A DNA stretch of 64,000 bases from Eledone cirrhosa (lineage: Eukaryota). Location: positions 59,582,001 to 59,646,000 of the forward strand of contig OZ024746.1 of NCBI GenBank assembly GCA_964016885.1, read 5' to 3'. This document shows, in pieces, positions 28,666 to 42,520 of the stretch; the stretch's first letter is position 1, and every line of letters begins with the position of its first letter. Made by a program: the position numbers and the translations under genes. The notes under the pieces are model-generated. The model made no database searches. It was not told the origin of the DNA and saw nothing but the letters and a program-made list of their open reading frames with translations.

Positions 28666-29014
28666 GTTTCTACTTTTGGCACAAGGCCAGCAATGACCCA
28701 GTACGTTACTGGTACTTTATTTTATCGACCCCGTATGAATGAAAGGCAAAGTTAACCACGGCGGGATTTGAATTCAGATCATAAAGGGACGTAACTATGC
28801 TGGAAAGCATGTCCGACCTTCTACCGATACTGCCAATTCACCGCCATTATATATGGATTGGCAGTATCGGTAGAGGGTCGGACGCCAGGATTTGACGCAT
28901 TGAGTTACGGCCCTTACCATTCTGAGTTCAAATCCCGCCGAGGAGTCGATAAAATAAAGTACCAGTAATACCCTGGGGTAATAGCTGGCCTTGTGCCAAA
29001 AGTAGAAACAATTA
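28661..29014. mobile_element. Head-to-head pair of SINE family A copies
   Basis: Minus copy 28661-28846, plus copy 28855-29014. Confidence 0.9.
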
Positions 29015-29031
29015 TATATATATATATATAC

Positions 29032-29713
29032 ATATCACGATAAATTAACGGAGCCATAGGCCCTCGCTATTCCCTGTAAATAGTGTGCTCAAAGGAGAAG
29101 AAATCCTGAGCTCTTTAAAATACAATACGTTGAAAAGGTAACACACCATACAGTGCGCTATCAATGTGTTACCTTTTCAACGTATTGTATTTTAAAGAGC
29201 TCAGGATTTCTTCTCCTTTGAGCACACTATTTACAGGGAATAGCGAGGGCCTATGGCTCCGTTAATTTATCGTGATATTTCGCTCCTTATAACAGTCTTT
29301 CCTATCTCTCTGTTTGGTTGAGCACACTTCTCTGAGTGGTTTGGGGCTGCCCTTTCTAGCAGTCCGTCCCTCAGAGGCCACTGGTTCACTGCCCTTAAAC
29401 ACTCTGTGACTTCTCTCTCTTAGTGTTGTCTGAAATGTATAGCCTTACACACGCTGATGAACCGAGGTTAATCCATTTCTTTCAACAAATTACTGGCGAA
29501 ACATATCTTTGGATTTGTATCTTTGGATTTGTACGTGTGTTATATAGTTATAAAGGTATTTATTTACGCTTTAATTTATATTTTTAATTATCGTGCCTAT
29601 AGTCTGCCTTTCATAGGTTATAGATTCCTTTCACTAGTGGGTTTTTCCCTGTTTTATTGATAGCGCACTGTATATCTCTCTCTGGTGTGTTACCTTTTCA
29701 ACGTATTGTATTT
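29032..29713 (+). mobile_element. Non-coding hammerhead retroelement: 521 bp unit with terminal redundancy and 5' inverted arm
   Basis: 114 bp inverted repeat 29032-29145/29165-29278. TGTGTTACCTTTTCAACGTATTGTATTT is repeated at 29165 and 29686. (TA)n on both flanks. Confidence 0.75.
29447..29540 (+). ncRNA. Type I hammerhead ribozyme (partly decayed)
   Basis: acacacg-CTGATGA-...-GAAA-c...g-TA-cgtgtgt. Stem I is a perfect 7 bp; stem II is weak; stem III has a 14 bp duplication. Confidence 0.7.
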
Positions 29714-29826
29714 ATATATATATATATATTGTGGAGTTACCCCTAACCGTACGGTGAAACCATCCATGAAACTGGCTTTCTTAACCAAGAACTGGATCAC
29801 AATAACCAATTTTTTGCTTCTCTAAC

Positions 29827-29888
<62 letters not shown>

Positions 29889-30051
29889 TTGTTATACTTT
29901 GGGAGGGTCATGTTGCCAATAAGAAACACACGCACCAGTTGCTTTCACTTCAATTTATTATATATTTATAAATTTATAAATTTACAAATCTACAAACTTA
30001 TAAATTTCTGGTTGGTTGGTTGGTTCCACAACCAGATAGTTGTTTATATAT

Positions 30052-30096
30052 AGTCATAGTCCTTTCGTCACACACTCTGTGACCTCTTCAGTGACT
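30052..30096 (-). ncRNA. Minimal type I hammerhead (inverted pLTR copy)
   Basis: Reverse complement of 31089-31133. Confidence 0.8.
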
Positions 30097-30160
30097 GGGG
30101 ATTCCTTTCTTTGTTTCTGTGCCTTTCCTTTCTTCTATCCTACGCCATTTTGTTTCTGTG

Positions 30161-30787
30161 TATAGGAGCAAATTTTGGAATAGAATAGAAAGAACTAGGA
30201 ACAAGGCCAATAGAATAAACTCATGGTATGATAGCAATAAATACCAGAGTGTAATGTTCATCAATACAACCCCTAGAGGCGAACTAGCCTACAAATTTAG
30301 AAGGGCCCTAAATAAACATAAACTCAATATTAAGATAGTAGAAAGACCAGGTACCTCCGTAAAAACACTTATTAGCAAGACATACCCGTTCCAAAGACCC
30401 TCATGTATAGATAAGAAATGTATAACCTGTAAAATAAGCCCCCATATTAACTGTAAAACTAGAAATGTAGTGTATAGCATAAGATGTACTGAAGGACAAT
30501 GTAGAAACAAAAATATAGTGTACATAGGTGAGGCAGCTCGTAGTATAGGGGAACGAATAAATGAACACTGGCGAGACCTTCAAGATAATAAAGAATCATC
30601 TGTGCTCTACCAACATGCTAAGATAGAACACAGGGGTAGATTAGAGAACATAGAAATAAAAATAGAATCCACACACAGAAAAGATGCAATGTTTAGGCAA
30701 ATTACAGAGGCAGTAAGCATAAAAGAATTACAACCAAAATTAAATAGAAAATATGAGTGGAACAGCAACATCACAATTTACAATTAA
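30161..30787 (+). CDS. Penelope-like polyprotein C-terminus: Cys-rich linker plus GIY-YIG endonuclease (5'-truncated)
   Basis: CIDKKCITC..C KTRNVVYSIRC..C..YIGEAARSIGERINEH..H...H..EAVSIK..LNRKYEW. The first ~14 codons of ORF 30119..30787 come from the inverted pLTR. Confidence 0.88.
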   Translation, partial: YRSKFWNRIERTRNKANRINSWYDSNKYQSVMFINTTPRGELAYKFRRALNKHKLNIKIVERPGTSVKTLISKTYPFQRPSCIDKKCITCKISPHINCKTRNVVYSIRCTEGQCRNKNIVYIGEAARSIGERINEHWRDLQDNKESSVLYQHAKIEHRGRLENIEIKIESTHRKDAMFRQITEAVSIKELQPKLNRKYEWNSNITIYN

Positions 30788-31088
30788 GGACAAAATGAAA
30801 ACACACACAGGACAAAATGAAAATACACACACACATAGAACAAACAAGTTACAATTAAGGACAAAATGAAAACACATACAGGACAAAATGAAAACACACA
30901 CACACATAGAACAAACAACCAACCAACAATAAATAAATAAATAAATAAACAAATAGATAAATGAACACAAACACACACAGACACCCGGATGTGGCGCATG
31001 CGCAAACCGAGCACACAACACACACACAGAAACAAAATGGCGTAGGATAGAAGAAAGGAAAGGCACAGAAACAAAGAAAGGAATCCCC

Positions 31089-31133
31089 AGTCACTGAAGA
31101 GGTCACAGAGTGTGTGACGAAAGGACTATGACT
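31089..31133 (+). ncRNA. Minimal type I hammerhead in PLE pseudo-LTR
   Basis: agtca-CTGAAGA-gGTCACA-gagtg-TGTGAC-GAAA-ggac-TA-tgact. Confidence 0.8.
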
Positions 31134-32569
31134 ATATATAAACAACTATCTGGTTGTGGAACCAACCAACCAACCAGAAATTTATAAGTTTGTAGATTTG
31201 TAAATTTATAAATTTATAAATATATAATAAATTGAAGTGAAAGCAACTGGTGCGTGTGTTTCTTATTGGCAACATGACCCTCCCAAAGTATAACAATATC
31301 GGTTTCAACACACGATTTCAGATAAAGAATCTTGCTAAACAAATGCAGAAATATATATATATATATATATATATATGAGTGTATAAGTGTGTGCGAGTGA
31401 ATGTGTGTGTATTTACATATATATATATATATATTTGTTTGATTTATTTGTTTGATTTTAAATTAAAATGAGAAGTCATTTTTATGAATTACCCAGAATT
31501 CTTTGCTGGTAGACTTTCTCTCAATAATTCTTCAGAATCATGTCAATATCAAGTGACGTTCGCTGCAATTCAATATAGCTGTCATTATTCCTGTTGCCAC
31601 TTATTGCACATATTTGGTGCATTCTTATTGCTGTTGGTAGAGAGGAGGGGGTCGTTGTGGCGGTGGTGGTTGTGGTGGTATTGGTGGTGGTGGTGGTGAT
31701 GGTGATGATGGTGGTGGTAGTGGTGGTTGTAGTGGTGGTGGTGATGGTGTTATGTTGGTGGTGGTTGTTCTTGTGGTGGTGGTGGTGGTGATGGTGGTGG
31801 TGGTAGTGGTGGTTGTGGAGGTGGTGGTATTGGTGGTGGTAATGGTGGTGGTGATAGTGATGATGTTGGTGGTGGTTGTGGTGGTGGTGGTGATAGTGGT
31901 GGTGGTGTTGGTGTAGTAGTTGTTGTGGTTCATGTTCCAAACATGATAGACAGAATAACAACTATACATATAATCACACACACACACATATATACACATA
32001 TACACATATACATATACACATATATACACACATATGCATATACACATATACATATACACATATATACACACATATGCATATACACATATATATACACATA
32101 TGCATATACACACATATATACACATATGCATATACACATATGCATATACACATATATACACACATATGCATATACACATATGCATATACACATATATACA
32201 CACATATGCATATACACATATATATACACATATGCATATACACATATATATACACATATATACACATATATACACACATATATACACATATATATATACA
32301 CATATGCATATACACATTTACACACATACACATATGCATATACACACACACATACATATATACATATACACGCATGCATATATATATATATATATATACA
32401 GATGCACGCTTACACATATACGCGCATGCTCATACACGCATATGCACACATAAATACATACGCATACAAACATACACACGCATACACACATACACACACA
32501 TGTACTAACACATACATATATACATACGCACGCACACATACACACATATATATACATACATACACTTCA

Positions 32570-33665
32570 TTACCATCATCATCATCATCATGATCTTCAC
32601 AATCAGCATCAACTTCATCACCATCACCATCATCATAATCATCATCATCATCATAATCATCATCATAATGGTGGTGGTGGTGGTGGTGGTGATGATAGTG
32701 GTGATGGTGGTGGTGGCGGTGGTGGTGGTGGTGGTGGTGGTGGTGGTGGTGATGATGGTGGTGGTGGTGATGGTACTGGTGGTGGTGGTGGTGATGGTGA
32801 TGGTGGTGGTGGTGATGGCGGTGATGGTGGTGGTGGTGGTGATGGTGATGGTGATGGTGGTGGTGGTGGTGATGGTGGTGATGGTGTGGTGGTGGTGGTG
32901 GTGGTGATGGTGATGGTGGTGGTGGTGGTGGTGGTGGTGATGGTACTGGTGGTGGCGGTGATGGTGGTGGTGGTGGTGATGGTGGTGGTGGTGGTGGTGG
33001 TGGTGGTGGTGGTGGTGGTGGTGGTGGTGGTGATGGTGTGGTGGTGGTGGTGGTGGTGATGGTGGCGGTGATGGTGATGGTGGTGGTGGTGGTGGTGGTG
33101 GTGGTGGTGGTGGTGGTGGTGGTGGTACTGGTGGTGGCGGTGATGGTGGTGGTGGTGGTGGTGGTGGTGGTGGTGGTGGTGGTGGTGGTGGTGGTGATGG
33201 TGGTGGTGGTGGTGGTGGTGGTGGTGGTGGTGGTGGTGGTGGTGGTGGTGATGGTGGCGGTGATGGTAGTGGTGGTGGTGATGGTGGTGGTGGTGGTGGT
33301 GATGGTGGTGATGATGGTGGTGATGATGGTGGTGGCGGTGGTGGTGATGATGGTGGTGATGGTGGTGATGGTGGTGGTGGTGATGGTGGTGGTGGTGGTG
33401 ATGATGATGGTCGTGGTGGTGGTGGTGATGCTGGTGATGGTAGGTGGTGGTGGTGGTGGTGGTGATCATATGATGATGATGATGGTGATGGTGGCGGTGA
33501 TGATGATGATGATGATAATGGTGGTGATGGTGATGATGATGATGATGATGGTGATGGTGGTGGTGATGATGATGATGATGATGATGATAATGGTGATGAT
33601 GGTGATGATAATGGTGATGATGGTGATGGTGGTGATGATGGTGATGATAATGGTGATGATGATGG
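32570..33665. repeat. (CAT)/(GGT/GAT)n trinucleotide array
   Basis: Directly visible; source of the poly-His/Pro/Val ORFs. Confidence 0.9.
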
Positions 33666-33734
33666 TATTGCATTTGAGTAAATGATTTTTGCGAAGCTCA
33701 TCAAAATATGTGACATGTAGCAATTATAATTATC

Positions 33735-34585
33735 GTTGTTGTTGTTGCTGTTGTTGTTGTTTTTGCTGCTGCTGTTGTTGTCGTCGTATTCACCAGCCTT
33801 ACTGCTGCTGTTGTTGTTATTTATTCTGCTGTTATTGTTGTTGTTGCTTTTGCTGCTGTTGTTGTCATTGTTATTGTTGTTCTTTTTGTTGTTGTTGTCG
33901 CATTCACCGACCTTGCTGCTGCTGCTGCTGCTACTGTTGTTGTTGTTGTATTCACCAGCCTTGCTGCTACTGCTGCTGCTACTGTTGTTGTTGTTGTTGT
34001 ATTCACCAGTCTTGCTGCTGCTGCTACTGCTGTTGTTGTTGTTGTTGTCGTCGTATTCACCAGCCTTGCTGCTTCTGCTGCTACTGCTGTTGTTGTTGTT
34101 GTTGTATTCACCAGTCTTGCTGCTGCTGCTACTGCTGCTGTTGTTGTTGTTGTTGTTGTATTCACCAGTCTTGTTGTAGTTGTTATTGTTGCTGTTGTTG
34201 TTGTTGTTGTATTCTTCAACCTTGCTGCTGCTGTTACTGTTGTTGTTGTTGTTGTTGTTGTTATATTCCCCAACTTTCCTGCTGTTGCTGCTGTGTTGCT
34301 GTTGTTGCTGTTGCTGTTGTTATATTCACCAAAATGGCTGCTGCTCTTCAAATGCCAGCTTTTCAAATAAAACGATGTTTAATGCATATTACTCGAGTGT
34401 TGGATTTTTAAAGGTACTTTGTAAGTATAGAACTGATTTCCATTCTTCTTCTTCTTCTTCTTCTTCTTCTTCTTCTTCTTCTTCTTCTTCTTCTTCTTCT
34501 TCTTCTTCTTCTTCTAATACTACTACTGCTGATGTTACTACACCTACTACTACTGCTACTAGTACTATTACTACTATTACTACTG

Positions 34586-34642
<57 letters not shown>

Positions 34643-34735
34643 TTGCTATTACTACTACTACTGCAACTACTACTACTACTACTACTACTACTATTACTAC
34701 TACTACTACTATTACTACTACTACTACTACTTCCT
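33735..34735. repeat. (TGT/TGC)n array with recurring TATTCACCAGYCTTG spacer, then (TTC)n and (CTA)n
   Basis: Directly visible. Confidence 0.9.
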
Positions 34736-34799
34736 CATCACCTTCTCATGTTTCATTATTAATATCATTATTACTATAGCTCTACGGCCTGTCAATGAG

Positions 34800-35620
34800 G
34801 ACTGCTACGAAAAGCCGATGACAGCACCCAAGATACAAGAGGTCCTAAGCGGCTTTACGAGGTACAAAACGCCCGGTTTGGATGCTCTACCTTAAGGGCT
34901 TTATGTAGACATACTAAACTTGGTCTCTGATGTCCTCGAAGCTGTCTACTGCACCTGACAGCAGAATGGGAGAATTCCCAGCTTTGTAAATCGAGATGTA
35001 GTAAAACTGATGAGAAAAGACGAGAACAAGAGTGATGCCCATAACTTTGCTCACCACAGAGTTTAAGATGTTTGCCAAGGTGCTAGCAACGAGGTTCGCG
35101 CTTGTCATCAAATGTTTGGTAGGAGAAGTGTAAATGTGCGCAACCCGGCGATACATCATGGTGGTGGTAGCGAGTAAACCTAGCTTAGTTGGGGCTCTAA
35201 TCAATTCAGATCATTCGAAAGCTTTCGATAGGGTCGACTATTGATACCTGGAGGTTGTCCTCAAGACAGTCGGTTTCGGTTTTGTCTTCAAATGCTGGAT
35301 TGCTGCAATGCACAGCCACATCTGGTCAGAGTAAATGGACACTAATCGTAAGCGTTTGAGATCACGGTTTCGGCCCGTTAAAGAATGCTTTCAGTCCTCC
35401 TTACTTTATGTGCTGAGGCTCGAGCCATTACTGAGCTGTTGCTGGGCATCCCGCTCGAAATGAGACGTTGTATGGCTCTGTCGACATGGAAATCGAGATG
35501 GTTGGCAACCTCTTACAGGAATATGAAACATTGACGGGAGCAGGAATCAGTCGCTGGGTATGCAGCTCGACACTATGGAGAGGCAAATCCATACCGTCCA
35601 ACAGCGTTGTCGAGAAACAT
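34800..35620 (+). pseudogene. Decayed L1/Tx1-type LINE reverse transcriptase
   Basis: Fragments KTPGLDALP, PITLLTTEFKMFAKVLATR, ALINSDHSKAFDRVD, SPPLLYVLRLEPLL, with many stops and frameshifts. Confidence 0.8.
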
Positions 35621-35667
35621 TATGAATCGTTTCAACCAAATTTAGACGTAGTGATTTCATTTCATTT

Positions 35668-35977
35668 CATCATCATCATCATCATCATCATTATCATTTT
35701 ACGTCCGCTTTTCCCTGCTTGCAAAGGTGGGACGGGTCCTATTCAGCACATCATCTCTCCATTCGTCACGGTCCTTCGTCATCTCCTCCGTAAGTTTCAG
35801 CGATCTGTGGTCAGCTCTCACCACCTCCGCCCATGATTTTCGTGGTCTTCATCTACTGCGTCTTCCTTCTACTGGGATTTCTTGGCACTTCTTTACCCAG
35901 CGCTCAACCTCCATACGCATCACATGTCCATACCACCGCAGTCTTCTCTCCCGCACACTACAGCTTATCCCTCTTAT
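35668..35977 (-). pseudogene. RTE-type LINE 3' end with (ATG)n tail
   Basis: Minus strand RGISCSVRERRLRWYGHVMRMEVERWVKKC..VEGRRSR*RPRKSW..DRDEWR, followed by (ATG)n. Confidence 0.85.
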
Positions 35978-37553
35978 ATTTCATATATTTTAATTTCTTA
36001 TATTTTTTAATGTACATATTTACATATGTATAGCTATTTACATACTGATCCACGCAATGGCAAGTGTATACTACCAAATATATCAGTTGTATGGGGGATA
36101 ACACTTTAATTATAACTCTAGGCTAGGTTTGTTGTACGCGTAACATATATTTCTAATGTACTGCAGTGCTTCACAAACTTTTAACCTACCAACATTATAG
36201 CATTAGTCTCTCTTCTCTTCGTCCATTCACTACCATCATCATGATTATCATCATCGCCATCATCGAGCTGAACATTGGGAACTCTTCAATCAGTGAAGAT
36301 AAAGAATGAAAAGAAAGCAAATATTTATTTTGATTTTTTTTCCTTCCCATAAGGGGTTTCACAGATATTGGCAAATATTTCCATCTTAAATTTATTGTTG
36401 TTGTTGTTATTATTGTTGTTGTGGGGGATATTGGTGTTGTTTATATTATTATTGTTGTTGTTGTTGCTGCTGATGTTGTTGCTGTGGTTGTTGTTAGTAG
36501 TGGCAGTGTTAATGTTGTTGTTGTTATTATTGTTGGGGGGGGGGGGTTATTGGTGTTGTTATTGTTATTGTTACTGCTGTTGTTGTTGCTGTTATTGTGG
36601 TTGTTGTTGTTGCTGTTGTTGTTGTTGTTGTTGCTGTTATTGTGGTTGTTGTTGTTGCTGTTGTTGTTGTTGTTGTTGCTGCTGTTGTTGTTGCTGTTGT
36701 TGCTGCTGTTGTTGTGGTTGTTGTTGTTTCTGTTGTTGTTGCTGCTGCTGCTTCTATATTTGTTTATTCTTCACATAAATAAGGCTTCAGCAATTTTTTT
36801 TTTTTTAATATACAGTTAAAATAAATGAACAAATATATAAGAAATATTGATACACCCATTTTGTTTGTTTGTTTGTTTATTTTGTTATAATTTTTTCTTA
36901 ATAATAAACACTCAGCCTCGATTTCAATCAGTGTAATTCCCGGATGTGAGATCTTTGGCCTCCATCTTTAGTCTGCAATATTCCCGGAAGTCAGATCTTT
37001 AGCCCAGATATTCGTCTCGACTATTCCCTGATGTCAGATATGTCTTGCTAAATTAGTGTATAAATATGATTAGAATTAATTTGATCGATGTTCGATTACA
37101 ATTCCTCGGCTGATATTTCTATTCAAAAACGAAACAAACAAACAAACAGCAAAACAACACAAAATAGATTCTATATATTTCTACAGACACATTTATTTTT
37201 ACAAACTACATCACTCGTGTGTGTATATGCGTGTATATGTGTGTATCTCTCCCCCTCTCTCTCTCATATATTCATATATGTATATATATATGTATATATA
37301 TATATATATGCAGAGAGAGAGAGGGCGAAGGAGAGAGAGAGGGGGGGGGACAGATACACATTCACATATATATATGTTTGTGGGATAATAGCAATACAAG
37401 TGATAGTGATGGTGCCTATATACGTATGTATGTATGTATATATGTACTTATGTATGAATATGTGTGTGTATATATATATATATGTATATATATGTGTGTG
37501 TGTGTGTGTGCGGGCGCGCGTATACGTACATATATATATATATATATACGTAC

Positions 37554-37584
<31 letters not shown>

Positions 37585-37585
37585 C

Positions 37586-37690
<105 letters not shown>

Positions 37691-37692
37691 TA

Positions 37693-37723
<31 letters not shown>

Positions 37724-37802
37724 CCCGGTCTCTCTCTATGTCTATGACTTGCATTATCAAAGAGAAAATAGACTCTCTCTCCTTTTATCTCTCTCTCCCT
37801 CT

Positions 37803-37888
<86 letters not shown>

Positions 37889-37895
37889 GTATATA

Positions 37896-37944
<49 letters not shown>

Positions 37945-37945
37945 G

Positions 37946-37985
<40 letters not shown>

Positions 37986-38183
37986 TACTCTATGTCATTT
38001 ATCCATCTCTGACTAAATAACCAAAGAAACTCTCGGTAAATAAACAAGACGAAGCTTTTTAACTTTCTCTCTGTCGTCACATGATATACCTGACGTACAT
38101 GAGAAGAAAGGTGGGGGGAGAAGTGCATGACGAAGAAGAAGAAGAAGAAGAAGAAGAAGAAGAAGAAGAAGAAGAAGAAGAAG

Positions 38184-38241
<58 letters not shown>

Positions 38242-38348
38242 TTAACAATAGCAACACAGAGAGCAAGAAGGGAGAGGAGGGAAGATGGCCCCAGGCTCTT
38301 TATGTGTGTGTACGTGTGTCTAAGTGTGTGCATGTGTATATATATATA

Positions 38349-38401
<53 letters not shown>

Positions 38402-38482
38402 GTATATATATATATGCATATATATGTACGTATATATGTATATATATATATATGTGTATATATATATGTATATATGTATATG

Positions 38483-38594
<112 letters not shown>

Positions 38595-38707
38595 AATGCA
38601 CACACATACACACACATATAAAGATCCTGGGGCCATCTCCCTCGCCCTTCCTTCTTGCTTTCTGTGTTGCTTTTGTTAATGGTGGTGTTGTTGCGGTTGT
38701 TGTATAT

Positions 38708-38763
<56 letters not shown>

Positions 38764-38912
38764 GGGGGGGTAATTCTTCTACTCTATTCCGAGATTCTGC
38801 AGAATAAATTGAGTTATTGCTTGAAGCCAATACATTAATTAGGCATTTTTAAAATACACACTATATACATCATACTCCATACAACACACACACACACATA
38901 TATATATATATA

Positions 38913-38967
<55 letters not shown>

Positions 38968-39553
38968 GTATATGTGTGTATCTATGTGTATATGTATATG
39001 TATATATGTGTGTATGTGTGTGTGTATACATAAATGTATATACATATGTATGTGTATGTGTATATGTATATATGTATTTATATATGTGTGTGTGTGTGTG
39101 TGTGTGAGAGAGAGCGGGGTGTATGTGTTTATATATTTTTGTGTCTATGTGTGTGTGTGTGCAATATTTAGTGTTTGTGAAAGGTAGTTCAGGTAAAATG
39201 TATTCCATGTTTATATCATAATTCTACTCGTTCGTATAACAATATACATACATATTTATATAGAGAGAGAGAGAGAACATAGAGAGACTGAGAGAGAGAG
39301 AGATGGAGAGAGAGAGAGAGAGAGAGAGCGAAAGAGAGAGAGAGAGGGAGAGAGAGAGAGTTAGATAGATAAATAGATAGAAAGTGTGTAATATATTTGT
39401 TAACTATCTTTTTATCTCTTGATCTATCTAACGTCTATATAGCTAAATATATTCATACATATATATATATAGCTAAATATATAGCTAAATATATTCATAC
39501 ATATATATATATACATGTATAAATACATATATATATACATATACATATATGTG

Positions 39554-39609
<56 letters not shown>

Positions 39610-40062
39610 CTTACATGTTCGTGTTTAGAAATGGAAGAATACAGTACTCAAAACATGTAGCGACAAAATGTAGCCTAAGGTTATATAAATGTATAAATAT
39701 AGCTGTATGTATGTGTGACTGTACGTTTATGTGCATGTATGTGTGTGTGTGTGTCTGTGTGTGTATGTGCGCATGTGCATGTCTATGTGTGTGTTTGTAT
39801 GTGTATATGTATGTGTATGTATGTATTTGTGTGTTATCTAAAATCAAATCAAACTACAACTTCCTTTCTTTATGCCATCATATTTAACAGCAACCGTCGA
39901 AATTCGTTAATAATAACAAAGGCAGTAATAATAATAACATTAATAATAATGATGGTGATGATGATTTTTAATGGTTGCAGCTAGGGTGCCGAATGAGGAG
40001 GGGAGCATTACAAATGCAGGTTACATAGATTTGTGTGGCTGTTATAATGTAGAATTTTTAGC

Positions 40063-40145
<83 letters not shown>

Positions 40146-40152
<7 letters not shown>

Positions 40153-40216
40153 ATGCTCTGGGAGGGTCATGTTGCCAATAAGAAACACACGCACCAGTGC
40201 TTTCACTTCAATTTAT

Positions 40217-40220
<4 letters not shown>
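40146..40220 (-). mobile_element. Terminal fragment of the 29.9/31.3 kb PLE pseudo-LTR
   Basis: Near-identical to 29887-29960; flanked by (TA)n. Confidence 0.8.
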
Positions 40221-40279
<59 letters not shown>

Positions 40280-40333
40280 TGCCAAGACTGGAATTGAACC
40301 ATCAGCACAGTTGAGGTATGTCAGGCATCAATT

Positions 40334-40396
40334 TATTTTATCTGATGAGGACGTACTGATGAAACAGCTCAGTACCTCTGAAATATATATAAAATA
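40334..40396 (+). ncRNA. Hammerhead motif with decayed stem III
   Basis: tattttat-CTGATGA-ggacGTACTGA..TCAGTACctct-GAAA-tatat-ataaaata. Same stem I as the 43/47 kb family, different stem II. Confidence 0.55.
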
Positions 40397-40521
40397 TTTT
40401 TGATCACATCAATGTCTATATTTATTAATATTTTGAATTAATATATATATATATATATATATAGGAACGAGTAGGACCCCGACGGCTGAGCTCAAGCCGT
40501 TTCGACGGCTAATTCTGGACT

Positions 40522-40630
<109 letters not shown>

Positions 40631-41496
40631 GGTACTATGATGCTTTGTGTTGTGATATGGTTGTGTAGTGTATGAGTGTGTAGTTGTAGGCTGTTTAGTG
40701 TGGAAGGTATAGTGTGTGGTGTAGTAGTGTAGTAGTGTAGTGTGGTGTTGAGTGGTGTTGTGCGGTGTGTTGTGGTGTGGTGTTGTGTGGTGTGTTGTGG
40801 TGTCGTGTGGTGTGGTGTTGTGTGGTGTGGTGTGACTTGGCGTGGTGAGGTGTGGTGTGGTTTTGTTGTGGTGTGGTGTGGCGTGGTGTCGTGTGGTGTG
40901 GTGTTGTGTGGTGTGGTGTGACGTGACGTGGTGTGGTGTAGTGTGGTGTGATGCAGTGTGGTGTGGTGTGGCGTGGTTTGTTGTGGTGTGGTGTGGCGTG
41001 GTGTCGTGTGGTGTTCTGTGGTGTGGTGTGGTGGGCCGTGGTGTGATGTGGTGTGGTGTTGTGTGGTGTGGTGTGGTGTTGTGTAGTGTAGTGTGGTGTG
41101 GTGTGGTGTGCTGTGGTGTAGTGTGGCGTGGTGTGGTGTTTTTCGGTGTGGTTGGTATGGTGTTGTGTAGTGCAGTGTGGTGTGGTGTAGTTTGGCGTGG
41201 TGTGGTGTGGTGGACCGTGGTGTGGTGTGGTGGAATGTTTGCTGTGATATCTAAAGTATGTGAAATGTGTGCTGCTGTGTATAACACGAATGGTTAGTGA
41301 TGTAAGAAGAATATGCGATTTGAGATAAGATTGACTGCTATTTCTAGCTGATAGAGCGACCATTTAGATGTCTCCTCGTTAGCTCATATGTTGCAATGTC
41401 TGCATGTGTGTGTATGTATATGATGTGGCATAAAATATATATAGATATGTTTGTGTAAATACGTATGTATGTGTGATGTACTAGTGTATGTTATAT

Positions 41497-41682
<186 letters not shown>

Positions 41683-41691
41683 GTGTGTGTG

Positions 41692-41732
<41 letters not shown>

Positions 41733-41812
41733 CAGTTTATCTATTACCAAAACATCCGTTGGGGAAATAAAAGCTAGACAAACTAATATTAGAAAATCTC
41801 TCTCGTATCGTC

Positions 41813-41906
41813 TCTCTAACTGCAGTTTCTGGAATTAAGAAACAATATTCATTATTCCAATAAATTAAAACAACCAATATTCGAAGAAATTCACTCATCA
41901 GATGGA
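41813..41906 (-). ncRNA. Degenerate hammerhead with long stem II
   Basis: Minus strand: CTGATGA-gtgaatt..(~65 nt)..aattcca-GAAA-ctgcag-TT. Stem I does not pair well. Confidence 0.4.
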
Positions 41907-42289
41907 TTCTTTGGATATAGAAAGGATATTCAATAGATAGTGTACAGATTTTTTCATTATCAAACATCGTGGTACGTTGAATAATGCGTGCGTCATTCAC
42001 CTACCAAATGAATGTGTGTATATCAGGACAATATGACAAATTCCTAGTGACGCTAAAAATAGCACCCATTATACCCGACAATCAACTCAACCAATAAGGT
42101 GTAACAAATTTGAGGCAGAAAGTTATTTGTCACTAATATACATTGACATCTCAATGAAAAGAATCAGAGATGAATTTAAAACAGTTTAACTTATGCCAAA
42201 ACATTATCTGGGAGGAATACAAGTTAAAGAAACTAATATTAGTAATTTTCGAAATATTAATTTTGCTAAATGCTTCTCTGATTCTTTTC

Positions 42290-42520
42290 ATTGAGATGTC
42301 CAATCAACACTCGATCAAATTTTGTATCAAGGTTAACAAATCTGCCACCGAAACATTTAAGTATTTAACACAAGCTTATGAATATGTGACTCTATCGAGA
42401 AGTAAGGTTTGTAAGGGACACAAAGCTTTCAAAGAAGAGTGGTGATGGCGAAAGATCGCCAGTTAAATGTTAGAATGATTGCAGAAGAAACGGGCTTAGA
42501 GGAAAAAATGTTATTCATCT
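42290..42520 (+). pseudogene. Mariner transposase N-terminal HTH fragment
   Basis: QHSIKFCIKVNKSATETFKYLTQAY..TLSRSKVCKGHKAFKE, then DRQLNVRMIAEETGL. Confidence 0.85.

Larger units (their letters stand above)
29887..31299 (+). mobile_element. 5'-truncated Penelope-like element with inverted pseudo-LTR
   Basis: 29887-30160 is the reverse complement of 31025-31299. It encloses a GIY-YIG ORF, has hammerheads in both pLTR copies, and lies between (TA)n tracts. Confidence 0.9.

Noticed and set aside
32505-34779. Poly-His, poly-Pro, poly-Cys and poly-Leu ORFs (metallothionein- or keratin-like)
   Set aside because: Trinucleotide arrays open in several frames on both strands.
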